From positions 800,001 to 864,000 of the forward strand of contig CBDBOV010000005.1 in assembly GCA_965208575.1 (NCBI GenBank): DNA of 64,000 nucleotides, written 5' to 3'. A program made the translations under genes and the position numbers. The notes beneath the pieces were generated by a model, which ran no database searches, was not told where the DNA came from, and saw only the letters and a program-made list of their open reading frames with translations. This document shows positions 24,037 through 33,223 of the stretch, piece by piece. How positions within the stretch are numbered: position 1 is the stretch's first letter; each line of letters begins with the position of its first letter. Source of the stretch: Spirochaetia bacterium (lineage in GTDB: Bacteria > Spirochaetota > Spirochaetia > SZUA-6 > Bin103).

Positions 24037-24334
24037 GTCGCCAGTCCCCTGCGTCGGACTTCGTAATGAAGTGCATCTTGGGCGCAGCATCCATGCCCAT
24101 GTCCCAAAGGGCATCGGCGACACGAACGCGGAACCTCGGTATCTCCTGAGTTTGGAGTTGTTCCACGTCGCTGTCGTAAATGGCCCATATCTCCAGGACG
24201 TCATCACCGTACGCTGACTCACGAGCTTGTACCCATATGTCCGTGAAGGCGACCTGAGCGAACGCCTCCCGGACCATGATCTCAATGGTATCCTTGATGT
24301 GACCCATGTTCTGGTCGGTGGCAGTTCTGTTCAT
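24023..24334 (-). CDS. Small protein, putative divergent nucleotidyltransferase-like antitoxin
   Basis: 103 aa, overlaps the HEPN gene, GAGGG upstream; fold inferred from context. Confidence 0.5.
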   Translation of the reverse strand: MNRTATDQNMGHIKDTIEIMVREAFAQVAFTDIWVQARESAYGDDVLEIWAIYDSDVEQLQTQEIPRFRVRVADALWDMGMDAAPKMHFITKSDAGDWRPEGV

Positions 24335-24616
24335 GGTACCCTCGCGTGCCTGCGGGCCGGACTGCCTCGATCTTGAGGTTTGCTCATCCTTTCTCCTTTC
24401 TGCCGGCTCCGGCGACTGACGTACTCAATGGGAGCAGATCACCCTCTTTGTCAAGCTTGGATCTGAACATCCAGGCCGCTTTGTCTCGCGCGCCGAAAAC
24501 GACTTCGGCATCATCCTGAGGGACATCCTACCGACCCTTACCGGCGAGCACCAGTAGATTCGCCGCACTCAACGCAGGGTACACCGAGATCGGCGCCGGC
24601 GTCGCGGACTGCGCGG

Positions 24617-25663
24617 TCAGAGGTGGCGGGCGAGAAAGTCGTAGGCCAGGCGCCCGCTGATCTGGTGGCGGCCGTCGAACTCGTCGATGGCGAATGCCTC
24701 CTCGGCTCCGAAGGCGCGCCACGCGGCCCTGGCCCGATGCACCGTCGCGCGCACCCCTTCGATCGGAAAGTCGGTGTCGCGCCGGCCCGCCTCGACCAGG
24801 CAGGGGCGCGGGGCGAGCAGACCGGCGAAGTCGCTGAGCTCGCCGTGCGCGAGCAGGCCGGGTACGTAGTTGCAGGTGCAGTGGTGGAACGTGAGGATGC
24901 TGTGCCGCCAGTCGCAGAAGTAGCCCGAGATCACGCAGGCACGGATGCGGGGGTCGCAGGCGGTGGAGAAGTAGGTGTGCGCACCGCCGCCGGAGATGCC
25001 CATGGCGCCCAGCCGGGCGATGTCCGCCTCCGGGCGCGTGGCCAGGTAGTCGACCGCGCGCATGCCGTCCCACACGCGCAGGCCCATCGCCGAGCCGCCG
25101 AGCATGATCGCGTAAGTGGTGGCGTTGTGGCAGGTGGCGGGCGCGCGGCCGGTGAGTTCGCCGGCAAGCGCCGAGTAATTGGCACGCCGCTCGCCGAAGC
25201 AGCTTATCTCGGGCGCGACGACCACGAAGCCGCGCTCGGCGAGGGCGCAGCCGAAGTCCTTGTGGTAGCCGTCGGGCTGCCACCGCTCGGAGCCGTCCTC
25301 CCACAGCCCGACGATGTCGCGCACGCCGTAGCCGTGGCCGTGCAGGGCCAGCACGCACGGCGCCGGCCCGTCCAGGCCCTTCGGCACCAGCACCCATACC
25401 GGCATCGTCGCATCCGGCCAGGTGCGCAGCACGACGCGCTCCCGCAGGTAGGACCCGCGGTCCACCGTGTGCTCCAGCTCGGCCTCTACCGGCGGCGCCG
25501 GCCCGTCCAGAAAACCCAGCCCTCGGGCGAGTATGGGCGCGGCGTGCTGCTGCCACGCGCGGGCCGCGTCGGCGGTGGCGGCGGTGAAGGCGCAGTCGCG
25601 CGGTGCACCGGCATGCAGCGCATCCAACAGCCGGAGCGGGTCGAATTCGGTTCGCTGGCTCAT
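24617..25663 (-). CDS. Alpha/beta hydrolase, dienelactone hydrolase/acetyl esterase-like
   Basis: VLALHGHG, GAMGISGGG nucleophile elbow, LLAPRP, FDGRH. Confidence 0.88.
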   Translation of the reverse strand: MSQRTEFDPLRLLDALHAGAPRDCAFTAATADAARAWQQHAAPILARGLGFLDGPAPPVEAELEHTVDRGSYLRERVVLRTWPDATMPVWVLVPKGLDGPAPCVLALHGHGYGVRDIVGLWEDGSERWQPDGYHKDFGCALAERGFVVVAPEISCFGERRANYSALAGELTGRAPATCHNATTYAIMLGGSAMGLRVWDGMRAVDYLATRPEADIARLGAMGISGGGAHTYFSTACDPRIRACVISGYFCDWRHSILTFHHCTCNYVPGLLAHGELSDFAGLLAPRPCLVEAGRRDTDFPIEGVRATVHRARAAWRAFGAEEAFAIDEFDGRHQISGRLAYDFLARHL

Positions 25664-25750
25664 GCTGCTACTGTGGGCGTGGTGCGGCCTGGTGGCAAGC
25701 AGCCGGCCGTGAGATACCGCGCAGCACGCGCACGCCGCCCCGTAACCTAT

Positions 25751-25806
25751 TGCCTCACGTAAAAATCTAACCTTACGGTGAGCGTGCCTCACGTAAGAAT
25801 CTAACC
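25751..25806 (+). repeat. Left-end tandem subterminal repeats
   Basis: tgcctcacgtaaaaatctaacc (25751-25772) and tgcctcacgtaagaatctaacc (25785-25806), 34-nt period. Confidence 0.85.
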
Positions 25807-25857
25807 GAAAGGGAGGCGGAGAACGAGGGGGGAGCGCGAGGGGGGAGACTCATAAAT

Positions 25858-25866
25858 TGTGGATAA
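25858..25866 (-). promoter_or_regulatory. DnaA box consensus near the left end of the element
   Basis: TGTGGATAA is the reverse complement of TTATCCACA; a degenerate AGTGGATAG follows; same in copy 2 at 40148-40156. Confidence 0.45.
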
Positions 25867-26043
25867 GTGGATAGGCTGCTGGGCGACCGGCCGGGTTGAT
25901 TCAAGCACACCAACGCGACCGGGGGCGTATCTGGTTGGTCGGCGCGGATGAGGAGGCGTCAACGGCAGGGAGGTGGTCGGTGCCGTGTCGTGTCGCTGAC
26001 CGAAGAGGGGGCGGACGGGTCTGGAGGCGACTTCGGTGCTGGT

Positions 26044-26178
26044 GACACGGGGATGTCCAGACACCACCTCGTGTCGCGGAGAGGCCTTACAGCGCGGCTG
26101 AGGCGACATTTCTTGACGCCGACCGTCTGGCTCACGGATATACGGGCGTCAGAGACGCTCAGAAGTCATTTGCCGAGC
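26044..26178 (+). repeat. Internal degenerate direct repeat A
   Basis: Core ccagacaccacctcgtgtcg..ggccttacagcgcggctgaggcgac shared with 28016-28152. Confidence 0.8.
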
Positions 26179-26323
26179 CGGGTGATGCCGCCCACGCCGC
26201 GAGCGGCGCGCAGGTTGCTGCGGAGCGCACGGAGCGAGGCGCCCCGGACAACTGCACCGAGGTGCGTTGCCCGGGGCAGGGTCATGACAATTCCCCACCG
26301 CCGGGACGGGGTAGGCGACGAGG

Positions 26324-27997
26324 TTGCGACACCGGAGCCGTCGGGATCGAACGGGGCGGAGGAGATGCTGTACCCCGCTGACGGACGGAGGGCGTAGCCC
26401 GACCGGAGTCAGCCGGCGCGGTGCCGTGGAGGCCACCGTGGACGACGCCGAGATGGCGGACCAGGCAGCCAAGCTGCTCGCTTCCGGGATGAGCGGCTCA
26501 GCCTGCGCTCGCGAACTCGGCATCCCGGTGAGCACCTTCAACGAGAACCGCCGCGCCGGCGTCATCACAGATCCCACCCGGGAGCCCGCCGCCAGCGCCG
26601 AGGTTGCGCCGGCGGCCACCACCACTGATCACCCGGTCAGCACCGCCGCCGCGGTCAGCGACCCGGCGGTCGCCACTGAGCGCGCCAGCCGCGACGCCCG
26701 CGACAAGCACGCGCCCATGGGCCGCGCGGCGCGCGACGTGGAACGCCGCACGCTCGCCAGAGCCGGCCTGCTGACCGAGGCCACACCAGCGTTCGTCGAG
26801 CCCGCCCACGCGGTCGCTGGCGGCGGCGTGCTGGCCGCACTGGCGATGCTGCTGCGCGAGGGCCTGCTCACCGCCGCCAACCGCCTGTTCCGCCTGCCGG
26901 CCGGATTCTACGGCCTGACCACCATCCTCCTGTTCGTCGCCTGCATGACCCTGGCCCGGGTGCGCAACCCCGAGAGCCTGCGCTACCAGGCACCCGGCGA
27001 GTGGGGCGCCATCCTCGGCCTCGACCGCTGTCCGGAGACCAAGACGCTGCGCCGCAAGATCAGGCTGCTGGCCAGCGCCGAGCACACCGTGCGCGATTGG
27101 CAATCGGTACTGGCGCGTACCTGGGCCAGCGAGCACGACGACGACTGGACGACGCTGGCCGTGGATGGCCACGTGAAGGTGTACACCGGGCGCAACGGGC
27201 GGTTGCCGAAACACTTCGTCGCACGCCAGAAGCTGTGTCTGCCGGCGTCGGTGAGCTACTGGATCAACGCCCTCGGCGGCGCACCGCTGCTGTGCCTGCA
27301 CAAGGCGCTGGACCCGAAGCCGGTGAATGCGATCAAGCACGACGTGGTGCCGCAGTTGCAGCACCTGGGGGTGGTGACCGAAGCGGCCCCCGACCTGACC
27401 GGAGCACCGGCCGGTACCCCGCAGCTGACCCTGGTGTTCGACCGCGAGGGCTGGAGCCCGGACCTGTTCAAGCGCCTGGCCCGGCGTGGCATCGCCTGCA
27501 TCACCTGGCACAAGAACTTCAACGGCGCGGACTGGCTGCCGGAAGACTTCCACACCTTCGAGGTACCGATCCATGGTCCCGCCGGCACCAGCACGACTGC
27601 GGTTGATCTGGCCGAGCAGCCGATCATGCTGCGCAACGGGCTGGTGGTGCGCCAGATCCGGCGGCGTCTGGCCAACGGTCGTCAGGTGGCGGTGATCACC
27701 ACGCACCCGCAGATGCCGTTGGCGCAGGTCGCCGGCGCCATGTTCTCGCGCTGGTCGCAGGAGAACTTCTTCAAGTACCTGCGCGAGCAGTTCAACCTTG
27801 ACGCGCTGCCGAGCCATGACCTTGCGCCGCCGGAGCCCGACGCACGGGTCGTGAACCGGTGCGCCGGGCCCTGGAAAAGAGCATCAGGCGGGTACGCAGC
27901 CGGCTGGCAGCGGTCCGCAATCGCCTCGCCGAGGCACTGCAGGGACGGCACCGGGACTCCGCCACCCGGCTTACGGTCGCGGATAAAGTTGCACTGA
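26324..27997 (+). pseudogene. Truncated, frameshifted second transposase carried as cargo
   Basis: HTH, LARVRNPESLRYQAPGEWGAILGLDRCPETKTLRRKI, VDGHVKVY, LVFDREGWS, MFSRWSQENFFKY; frameshift near 27857, after which another frame reads VRRALEKSIRRVRSRL and breaks off. Confidence 0.78.
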
Positions 27998-28015
27998 ATT
28001 GCATGGTTATGCATA

Positions 28016-28152
28016 GACACGGGAGTATCCAGACACCACCTCGTGTCGTGGAGGGGCCTTACAGCGCGGCTGAGGCGACGTTTTCTCATCGCTGACCGCC
28101 CATTCTCCGATTATCGACCGTCAGACCCGCCTGAGAGGGTCATTTTGCCGTG
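28016..28152 (+). repeat. Internal degenerate direct repeat B, at the 3' end of the DDE transposase
   Basis: Partner of 26044-26178; includes the transposase stop codon. Confidence 0.8.
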
Positions 28153-29414
28153 CGACCGCTGCCACCACGCTCCTCGCTCGGTGTTTGCACCGTGCTTGGT
28201 GCGGCCTTGGCGGTCTTGCTGACGTTCAGCTGCAGCAGATCCTCGGTCAACCTGGTCAGCTCGCGCTTGAGGGCGACCGGATTCAACGTCGCGTACTGCT
28301 GCTTGAGGCGGTTCTTCACCTTCTCGCTCACCGACTCGGAGGCCAGCATGCGGTGATACGGCGTCTGCGGGTCGTCATAGATGCGGCGCACCTTGCTGCC
28401 GGTGCGGGTTTTCTTCACCAGCTTCACCGAGGGATAGAAGAAGTTCACCAGCAGGCACAGCGGGCGGTATATCGCGTTGAGGGCAGCCAGTTCCCGGTCG
28501 GTGTCGTAACGCAGGTGGCCGACCGCCCGTCGCACCACGTGGCCATTCTTCTGCTCGACGTAGCAGGTGTCGTTCTTGCGATGCGGGCGACCCCGAGTGA
28601 ACGTGATGCCGTGCGCTTCGCAATAGCGCAGCAAATGATGATTGATGAACTCGCTGCCGTTGTCGGTGTCGATCCCCCGCATCACGATCGGCAGGCTCTG
28701 CCGGGCAGCGTCGATCGCCTCGTGGGTCCAGCGCTGCGCCTTGTTCTGCACGCCGTACAGGTCGACCCAGCCGGTGTCAACGTCGGTGATGGTGAGCGTG
28801 TGGCAGAAGTCGCCTGACGCGTTGCCGCCTTCATGGCCCACCAAGTCGATCTCGAAGAAGCCCGGCTCCTGCTCGTCCCAGTCAGCGAAGGTTCGGATCG
28901 CGATCTGATCCTTCAGGAGGGTGCCCGGCTTGGTGTGCGTGCGACCCTTCAGGCGCAGCCGTGCGCGCTCCTGCTGCAGCAGCCGGTCGATGGTCGCGGC
29001 GCTGATGGTCTGCAGCTTGCCGCGCACCGCTGCGGTCAGCTCGATCTCGCCGAACGACTCCAGCGTCGGCAGCATGGTGCGCAGCACGACCACCAGGCGC
29101 TTGCCGCACATGCAGTCGAACACGTACCAGATCAGCTTCAGAGCGACCAGCACCTCCTGGTCGTAGCGCCGCGGTCGCACGCGGCGCTGGGCAGGCCGCG
29201 GACGCCCGACCACCAGCTTCACCAGTGTGCCGTCGACTCGCACCATGCGGGTCCGTCCCCACCAGGTCAACAGATGGATCGCGTACTTGCGCTGGTACCC
29301 GGTCGACTCGACGAACTCGTCGAGTATGCGCCCCTTCTCCTTCTTGCCCGCCCGACGATACCGCTGCGCGTGCTGCTCGGTGAGCTCTCGCCTTGAACTC
29401 ATCTTCAACCCCAT
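28140..29414 (-). CDS. DDE integrase-core transposase (ISNCY-type), copy 1
   Basis: RYRRAGKKEKGRILDEF..TGYQRKYAI N-terminus; FEIDLVGH, IDTDNGSEF, YVEQKN supply D-D-E. Confidence 0.9.
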   Translation of the reverse strand: MGLKMSSRRELTEQHAQRYRRAGKKEKGRILDEFVESTGYQRKYAIHLLTWWGRTRMVRVDGTLVKLVVGRPRPAQRRVRPRRYDQEVLVALKLIWYVFDCMCGKRLVVVLRTMLPTLESFGEIELTAAVRGKLQTISAATIDRLLQQERARLRLKGRTHTKPGTLLKDQIAIRTFADWDEQEPGFFEIDLVGHEGGNASGDFCHTLTITDVDTGWVDLYGVQNKAQRWTHEAIDAARQSLPIVMRGIDTDNGSEFINHHLLRYCEAHGITFTRGRPHRKNDTCYVEQKNGHVVRRAVGHLRYDTDRELAALNAIYRPLCLLVNFFYPSVKLVKKTRTGSKVRRIYDDPQTPYHRMLASESVSEKVKNRLKQQYATLNPVALKRELTRLTEDLLQLNVSKTAKAAPSTVQTPSEERGGSGRTAK

Positions 29415-29480
29415 CTCCTCCGGAACCTCCTCACGTCCCTCGGAGAGGCTCCAACCGGACCCGGAAGGTCCAGCCCGTTC

Positions 29481-29535
29481 GGTTAGATTTTTAGATGAGG
29501 CATGCTTTCGCTACGGTTAGATTTTCGATGAGTCA
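29481..29535 (-). repeat. Right-end tandem subterminal repeats
   Basis: ggttagatttttagatgaggca (29481-29502) and ggttagattttcgatgagtca (29515-29535), inverted relative to the left-end repeats, 34-nt period. Confidence 0.85.
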
Positions 29536-29545
29536 ATGCGCGTAA

Positions 29546-29574
29546 TTGACTTAGTTTAGTCTAATCGTTATCGT
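29546..29574 (+). promoter_or_regulatory. Sigma70-type promoter of the phd-vapC operon with palindromic operator
   Basis: TTGACT-17 bp-TATCGT; gacttagtttagtc imperfect palindrome overlaps; GAGGAGG downstream. Confidence 0.7.
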
Positions 29575-29597
29575 AGGCATCCAGCGAGGAGGCGACC

Positions 29598-29831
29598 GTG
29601 ACCACCGTCAACATCCACCAGGCGAAGACCCACCTCTCCCGGCTTCTGGTCAGGGTTGCCGAGGGCGAGGAAGTAGTCATTGCCCGTGCCGGAACACCCG
29701 TTGCCCGGCTCACCCGCTATACGGGGGCCAAGCCGCGCCGCATCCTGGGCCGCGACGAGGGTCTGTTCGAGGTACCCGATGACTTCGACGCGCCGCTGCC
29801 GCCCGACGTGCTCGCCGGCTTCGAGTCGTGA
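29598..29831 (+). CDS. Phd/YefM family antitoxin
   Basis: VNIHQAKTHLSRLL..V..GEEVVIARAGTPVARL...PDDFDAPLP. Confidence 0.9.
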   Translation: MTTVNIHQAKTHLSRLLVRVAEGEEVVIARAGTPVARLTRYTGAKPRRILGRDEGLFEVPDDFDAPLPPDVLAGFES

Positions 29832-30118
29832 AGGTACTGCTGGACACGCATGTGTGGCTCTGGAGCGTGGTGTACCGTCTCGGCAGGCTGGACCTTCCAG
29901 AGCCTCCCGCGATGTTCATTGAGCCGCGGTTGGTCCGCGACGGTATCGAGTCGCTGCCGATCGAGCACCGTCATGCCTGCAGGGTGGCGGAGCTGCCCGA
30001 GCACCACCGCGACCCGTTCGACCGGCTGCTCGTTGCCGTGGCGCAACTGGAATCGCTCACGCTCGCAACGACCGATCCGGCACTTGAACACTACGACGTT
30101 CCGCTTCTGATGACCTGA
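29828..30118 (+). pseudogene. vapC: VapC PIN toxin with internal in-frame deletion
   Basis: LLDTHVWLW joined almost directly to RLGRL; the S..S.WE segment is absent; HRDPFDRLL retained; 96 aa. Confidence 0.72.
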
Positions 30119-30140
30119 GCGCGAGGATCGGCGCCGTGGG

Positions 30141-30539
30141 TCACCGGTCGAGAAGGTGGTGCAACCGGGCGGCCGTTGCGGCACGGTCGATCTGGCCGGC
30201 GGCAACGTCGATCGTAAGGCGCTCCCAGGGGTCGGTGTCGAGCTGCTCGGCAGGAAGCAGCCCGTTCTCGCTCAGAAACACGAGACAGGTGGCCAGCGCA
30301 ACCCGCTTGTTGCCGTCCATGAAGGGGTGGTTGCTGCACAGGTAGAACAGGTACGCCGCTGCAACGTCGATCGGGTCTTCAATCAGGGGCTGGCCGAACA
30401 TGGTTGCCTGTGGTGCCGCCAACGCCGACTCCAGCAGCGCCGCGTCACGCAGACCCTCCATACCGCCGTGCGCGGCCAGCACCTCCGAGTGAATCGCCCT
30501 CACCGCCGCGACCGTCGGATGGGCGAGCCGCTTGCTCAC
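30141..30539 (-). CDS. doc: Doc (death-on-curing) family toxin
   Basis: HGG..GLRD..LLESAL, NHPFMDGNKR; GTGA overlap with the antitoxin. Confidence 0.9.
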   Translation of the reverse strand: MSKRLAHPTVAAVRAIHSEVLAAHGGMEGLRDAALLESALAAPQATMFGQPLIEDPIDVAAAYLFYLCSNHPFMDGNKRVALATCLVFLSENGLLPAEQLDTDPWERLTIDVAAGQIDRAATAARLHHLLDR

Positions 30540-30763
30540 GACAGCCGCCGGAACAGCTCCTCGTTCTTGCCGATGAGACGCTTCGCCGTGGCGCGGGCGC
30601 GCCCGGCATCGATGACCGGACGAACCGGGGTCAGCGTGATGGTACCGCCCTCGTGCACCGCGACGGCAAGCTGGTCTCCCACCTTGAGGTGCGCCAGGTC
30701 CATGAGCGCCACGTCGAAAATGATCCCCTGCGAGTTGCCGATCTTGCGGATGGTCTTCGTCAT
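30536..30763 (-). CDS. AbrB/MazE family antitoxin
   Basis: IRKIGNSQGII...LKVGD, C-terminal ELFRRLS. Confidence 0.88.
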   Translation of the reverse strand: MTKTIRKIGNSQGIIFDVALMDLAHLKVGDQLAVAVHEGGTITLTPVRPVIDAGRARATAKRLIGKNEELFRRLS

Positions 30764-30870
30764 GTCTTTGAGTAAAACTACGTTTTACTTGCGTGCGGGG
30801 CAACTGTGCGACGGGTTGCGATGTGTGGACCCGCGGGGCGTGGTTCGCTACCTTCCCCGGTGTTGATTCG

Positions 30871-32181
30871 ATGGCTGTCACGACCACTGCCGACACGTCC
30901 GCCCACGCGGCCGAGCGCTGGGAGCTGCTGACTCGCGGCACCCTGTTCGCGGTGCTGCCCGCGGAGGAACAGGGCCTGCTGCGCACGCTGCACGAGCGCT
31001 ATCGGCTCACGGTGCAGGAGATGCGCCTGCTGTGCGAGGCGGCGCGCGACCTGCAGATGTGGGGAGAGCCGCGCCTGGATGCGTGGTGGCGCGCCGCCGA
31101 ACGGCGCCTGGCGGCGGCCGCCGAAACGGTGCCGGTGAGAGCGCTCAAACAACGGCTCATCAAGGATTTGCGGGAGCATCTCGAAGGCCTGCGGGAGGCT
31201 GCTACCCGATACGGCGCGGAACCTTCGCCGTCGCCCGGGCGCCCGCCGCTGCACGTGGTTTCGGAGACCTCGGGCGATGCGGTGTTCGGCGACTGCCCGG
31301 TGCGTTCCGAGCGCACCCTGTGCTGCAACCTGAAGACCATCGACGCGGTCAAGAACTGCGCTTTCGGGTGCAGCTATTGCACCATCCAGACCTTCTACGG
31401 CGACCGGGTGGCGATCGACGCCGACCTCGGCGCCAAGTTGCGCGGCCTCGACCTGGAGCCGGGGCGCTTCTACCACATCGGCTCGGGGCAGTCCTCCGAC
31501 TCGCTGGTGTGGGGCAACCGCGGCGGCATTCTCGACGATATGTGCGACTTCGCCCGCGCGCATCCCGACGTGCTGCTGGAGTTCAAGACCAAGTCGGCCA
31601 ACGTCACCTACTTCCTGGATCCGGCGCGCACCATCCCGGCCAACGTGGTGTGCAGTTGGTCGCTCAACACGCCTCCGGTGATCGAGCACGAGGAGCACTT
31701 CACGGCGCCGCTGGAACAGCGTCTGCGTGCGGCACGGCGGGTCGCGGACCGCGGCATCAGGGTGGCGTTCCACTTCCATCCGATGGTGCACTACGCCGGC
31801 TGGGAGCACGACTATCCGGCTCTGGCACAGCGCCTCATCGCCGGGTTCTCGCCCGCGGAGGTGTCGTTCGTGTCGTTCGGGTCGGTCACGTTCATCAAGC
31901 CGGTGATCAAGGCGATCCGCCGCCGCCGCGAGCCGACGCGCATCCTGCAGACTGACCTGGTCAAGGATCCGCATGGCAAGCTGACCTATCCCGACGACCT
32001 CAAGGTGGCGATGTTCAGCACCATGTACCGCGCGCTGGCGCCGTGGCGGGATCGGGTGTTCATGTACCTGTGCATGGAGAAGCCGGCGATCTGGGAGCGC
32101 GCGTTCGGCTGGCGGTTCGGCTCCAACGAGGAGTTCGAGCAGGCGTTCGCCGCCGGTACGCTGTACCGGCAGCGCGCCTGA
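30871..32181 (+). CDS. Spore photoproduct lyase-like radical SAM protein with N-terminal extension
   Basis: NCAFGCSYC (CxxxCxxC), GSGQSSDSL, EFKTKS, WSLN, AFHFHP, YLCME. Confidence 0.85.
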   Translation: MAVTTTADTSAHAAERWELLTRGTLFAVLPAEEQGLLRTLHERYRLTVQEMRLLCEAARDLQMWGEPRLDAWWRAAERRLAAAAETVPVRALKQRLIKDLREHLEGLREAATRYGAEPSPSPGRPPLHVVSETSGDAVFGDCPVRSERTLCCNLKTIDAVKNCAFGCSYCTIQTFYGDRVAIDADLGAKLRGLDLEPGRFYHIGSGQSSDSLVWGNRGGILDDMCDFARAHPDVLLEFKTKSANVTYFLDPARTIPANVVCSWSLNTPPVIEHEEHFTAPLEQRLRAARRVADRGIRVAFHFHPMVHYAGWEHDYPALAQRLIAGFSPAEVSFVSFGSVTFIKPVIKAIRRRREPTRILQTDLVKDPHGKLTYPDDLKVAMFSTMYRALAPWRDRVFMYLCMEKPAIWERAFGWRFGSNEEFEQAFAAGTLYRQRA

Positions 32182-32234
32182 ACGGCGCGGCGTCGCGACC
32201 GTGACTGCACGCGGGGAAATCGGTTCACGCGCGC

Positions 32235-32699
32235 GTGCTGGCGCTGCTGCGGCAGGCCGGAGCGGCGTTCACCGAACGCGAGCACGAAGCCGTGCGCACC
32301 AGCGAGGAGGCGGCGGCCGTGCGCGGCGCCCCGCTGCACAGCGGCGCCAAGGCGCTGGTGTTGAAGGCGGCGGACCGGTTTCTGCTGGCGGTGCTGCCGG
32401 CGGACTGCTCCCTCGACAGCAGGGCGCTGCGCGGCGTCGCCGGCACCCGCCGCATCCGCTTCGCCAACCGAGAGGAATTGCTGGAGCTGACCGGACTCAC
32501 GCCCGGGGCGGTGCCGCCGTTCGGCAGTCTGTTCGGCATGGAGACCGTCTGCGACCCGAAGCTGGCCGACAACGGGCAGATCAACTTCAACGCCGGCAGC
32601 CACCGCCACTCGGTGCAGATCGCGTACGCCGACTGGCAGGCGATCGAGCGCCCTCGGTTGGCGGTGATCGCCGGGCGCGCCGATTCCGCGGATGCATGA
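32235..32699 (+). CDS. YbaK/ProX aminoacyl-tRNA deacylase family
   Basis: TSEEAA.VRG, GAKALVLK, PGAVPPFG, FNAG. Confidence 0.85.
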   Translation: MLALLRQAGAAFTEREHEAVRTSEEAAAVRGAPLHSGAKALVLKAADRFLLAVLPADCSLDSRALRGVAGTRRIRFANREELLELTGLTPGAVPPFGSLFGMETVCDPKLADNGQINFNAGSHRHSVQIAYADWQAIERPRLAVIAGRADSADA

Positions 32700-33183
32700 G
32701 TTGTGCAGCACGATTCGGCTGGCGGCGCCGCTGGCCGAGGTGTTCGCGTTCTTTGCCGATGCCCGAAACCTGGAGGTGCTGACCCCGGGCTGGCTGCACT
32801 TCCGGGTGGTTTCACAGCCGCCGCCGGCGATGGCGGCGGGTACCCGCATCGACTACCGCCTGCGCCTGCGCGGCGTGCCGGTGCGCTGGCAGAGCGAGAT
32901 CACCGCCTGGGAGCCGCCGTTCCGGTTCGTGGACGAGCAACGCCGCGGTCCCTACCGGGTATGGATCCACGAGCACCGGTTCGCGGTTGAGCGGCACACC
33001 GACGGCACCGAGGTGGTGGTCGCGAGTGACAAGGTACGCTACGCGGCGCCGGGCGGGCGGCTGGTGAACCGCCTGCTGGTGGCCGGGGACCTGCGCCGCA
33101 TCTTCGCTTATCGCAGCGTCCGGCTGCGCGAGCGGTTCGGTGCGGCGGACGAGCCCGGCGCGGCAGGCGCGGCGGCGGGCTGA
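32692..33183 (+). CDS. SRPBCC family protein
   Basis: VFAFFADARNLEVLTP, W.SEI..WEPP.RFVDEQ..GPY..W.HEH. Confidence 0.85.
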   Translation: MHELCSTIRLAAPLAEVFAFFADARNLEVLTPGWLHFRVVSQPPPAMAAGTRIDYRLRLRGVPVRWQSEITAWEPPFRFVDEQRRGPYRVWIHEHRFAVERHTDGTEVVVASDKVRYAAPGGRLVNRLLVAGDLRRIFAYRSVRLRERFGAADEPGAAGAAAG

Positions 33184-33223
33184 AGCGCGCCTGCCGCACG
33201 ACGTGGTATAACGGAGACGACGC

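Larger units (their letters stand above)
25746..29540 (-). mobile_element. 3795-bp DDE transposon, copy 1
   Basis: 5-bp target duplication CGTAA (25741-25745 / 29541-29545); imperfect terminal inverted repeats; near-identical to 40036-43830. Confidence 0.93.

Noticed and set aside
24440-24560. Possible gene fragment between the HEPN module and the hydrolase
   Set aside because: Short reading with no recognisable family motif
27970-28015. dif/Xer-like or res site (ggtcgcggataa...ttatgcata)
   Set aside because: One arm loosely resembles a XerC site, but there is no XerD arm at 6-bp spacing and no recombinase in the element
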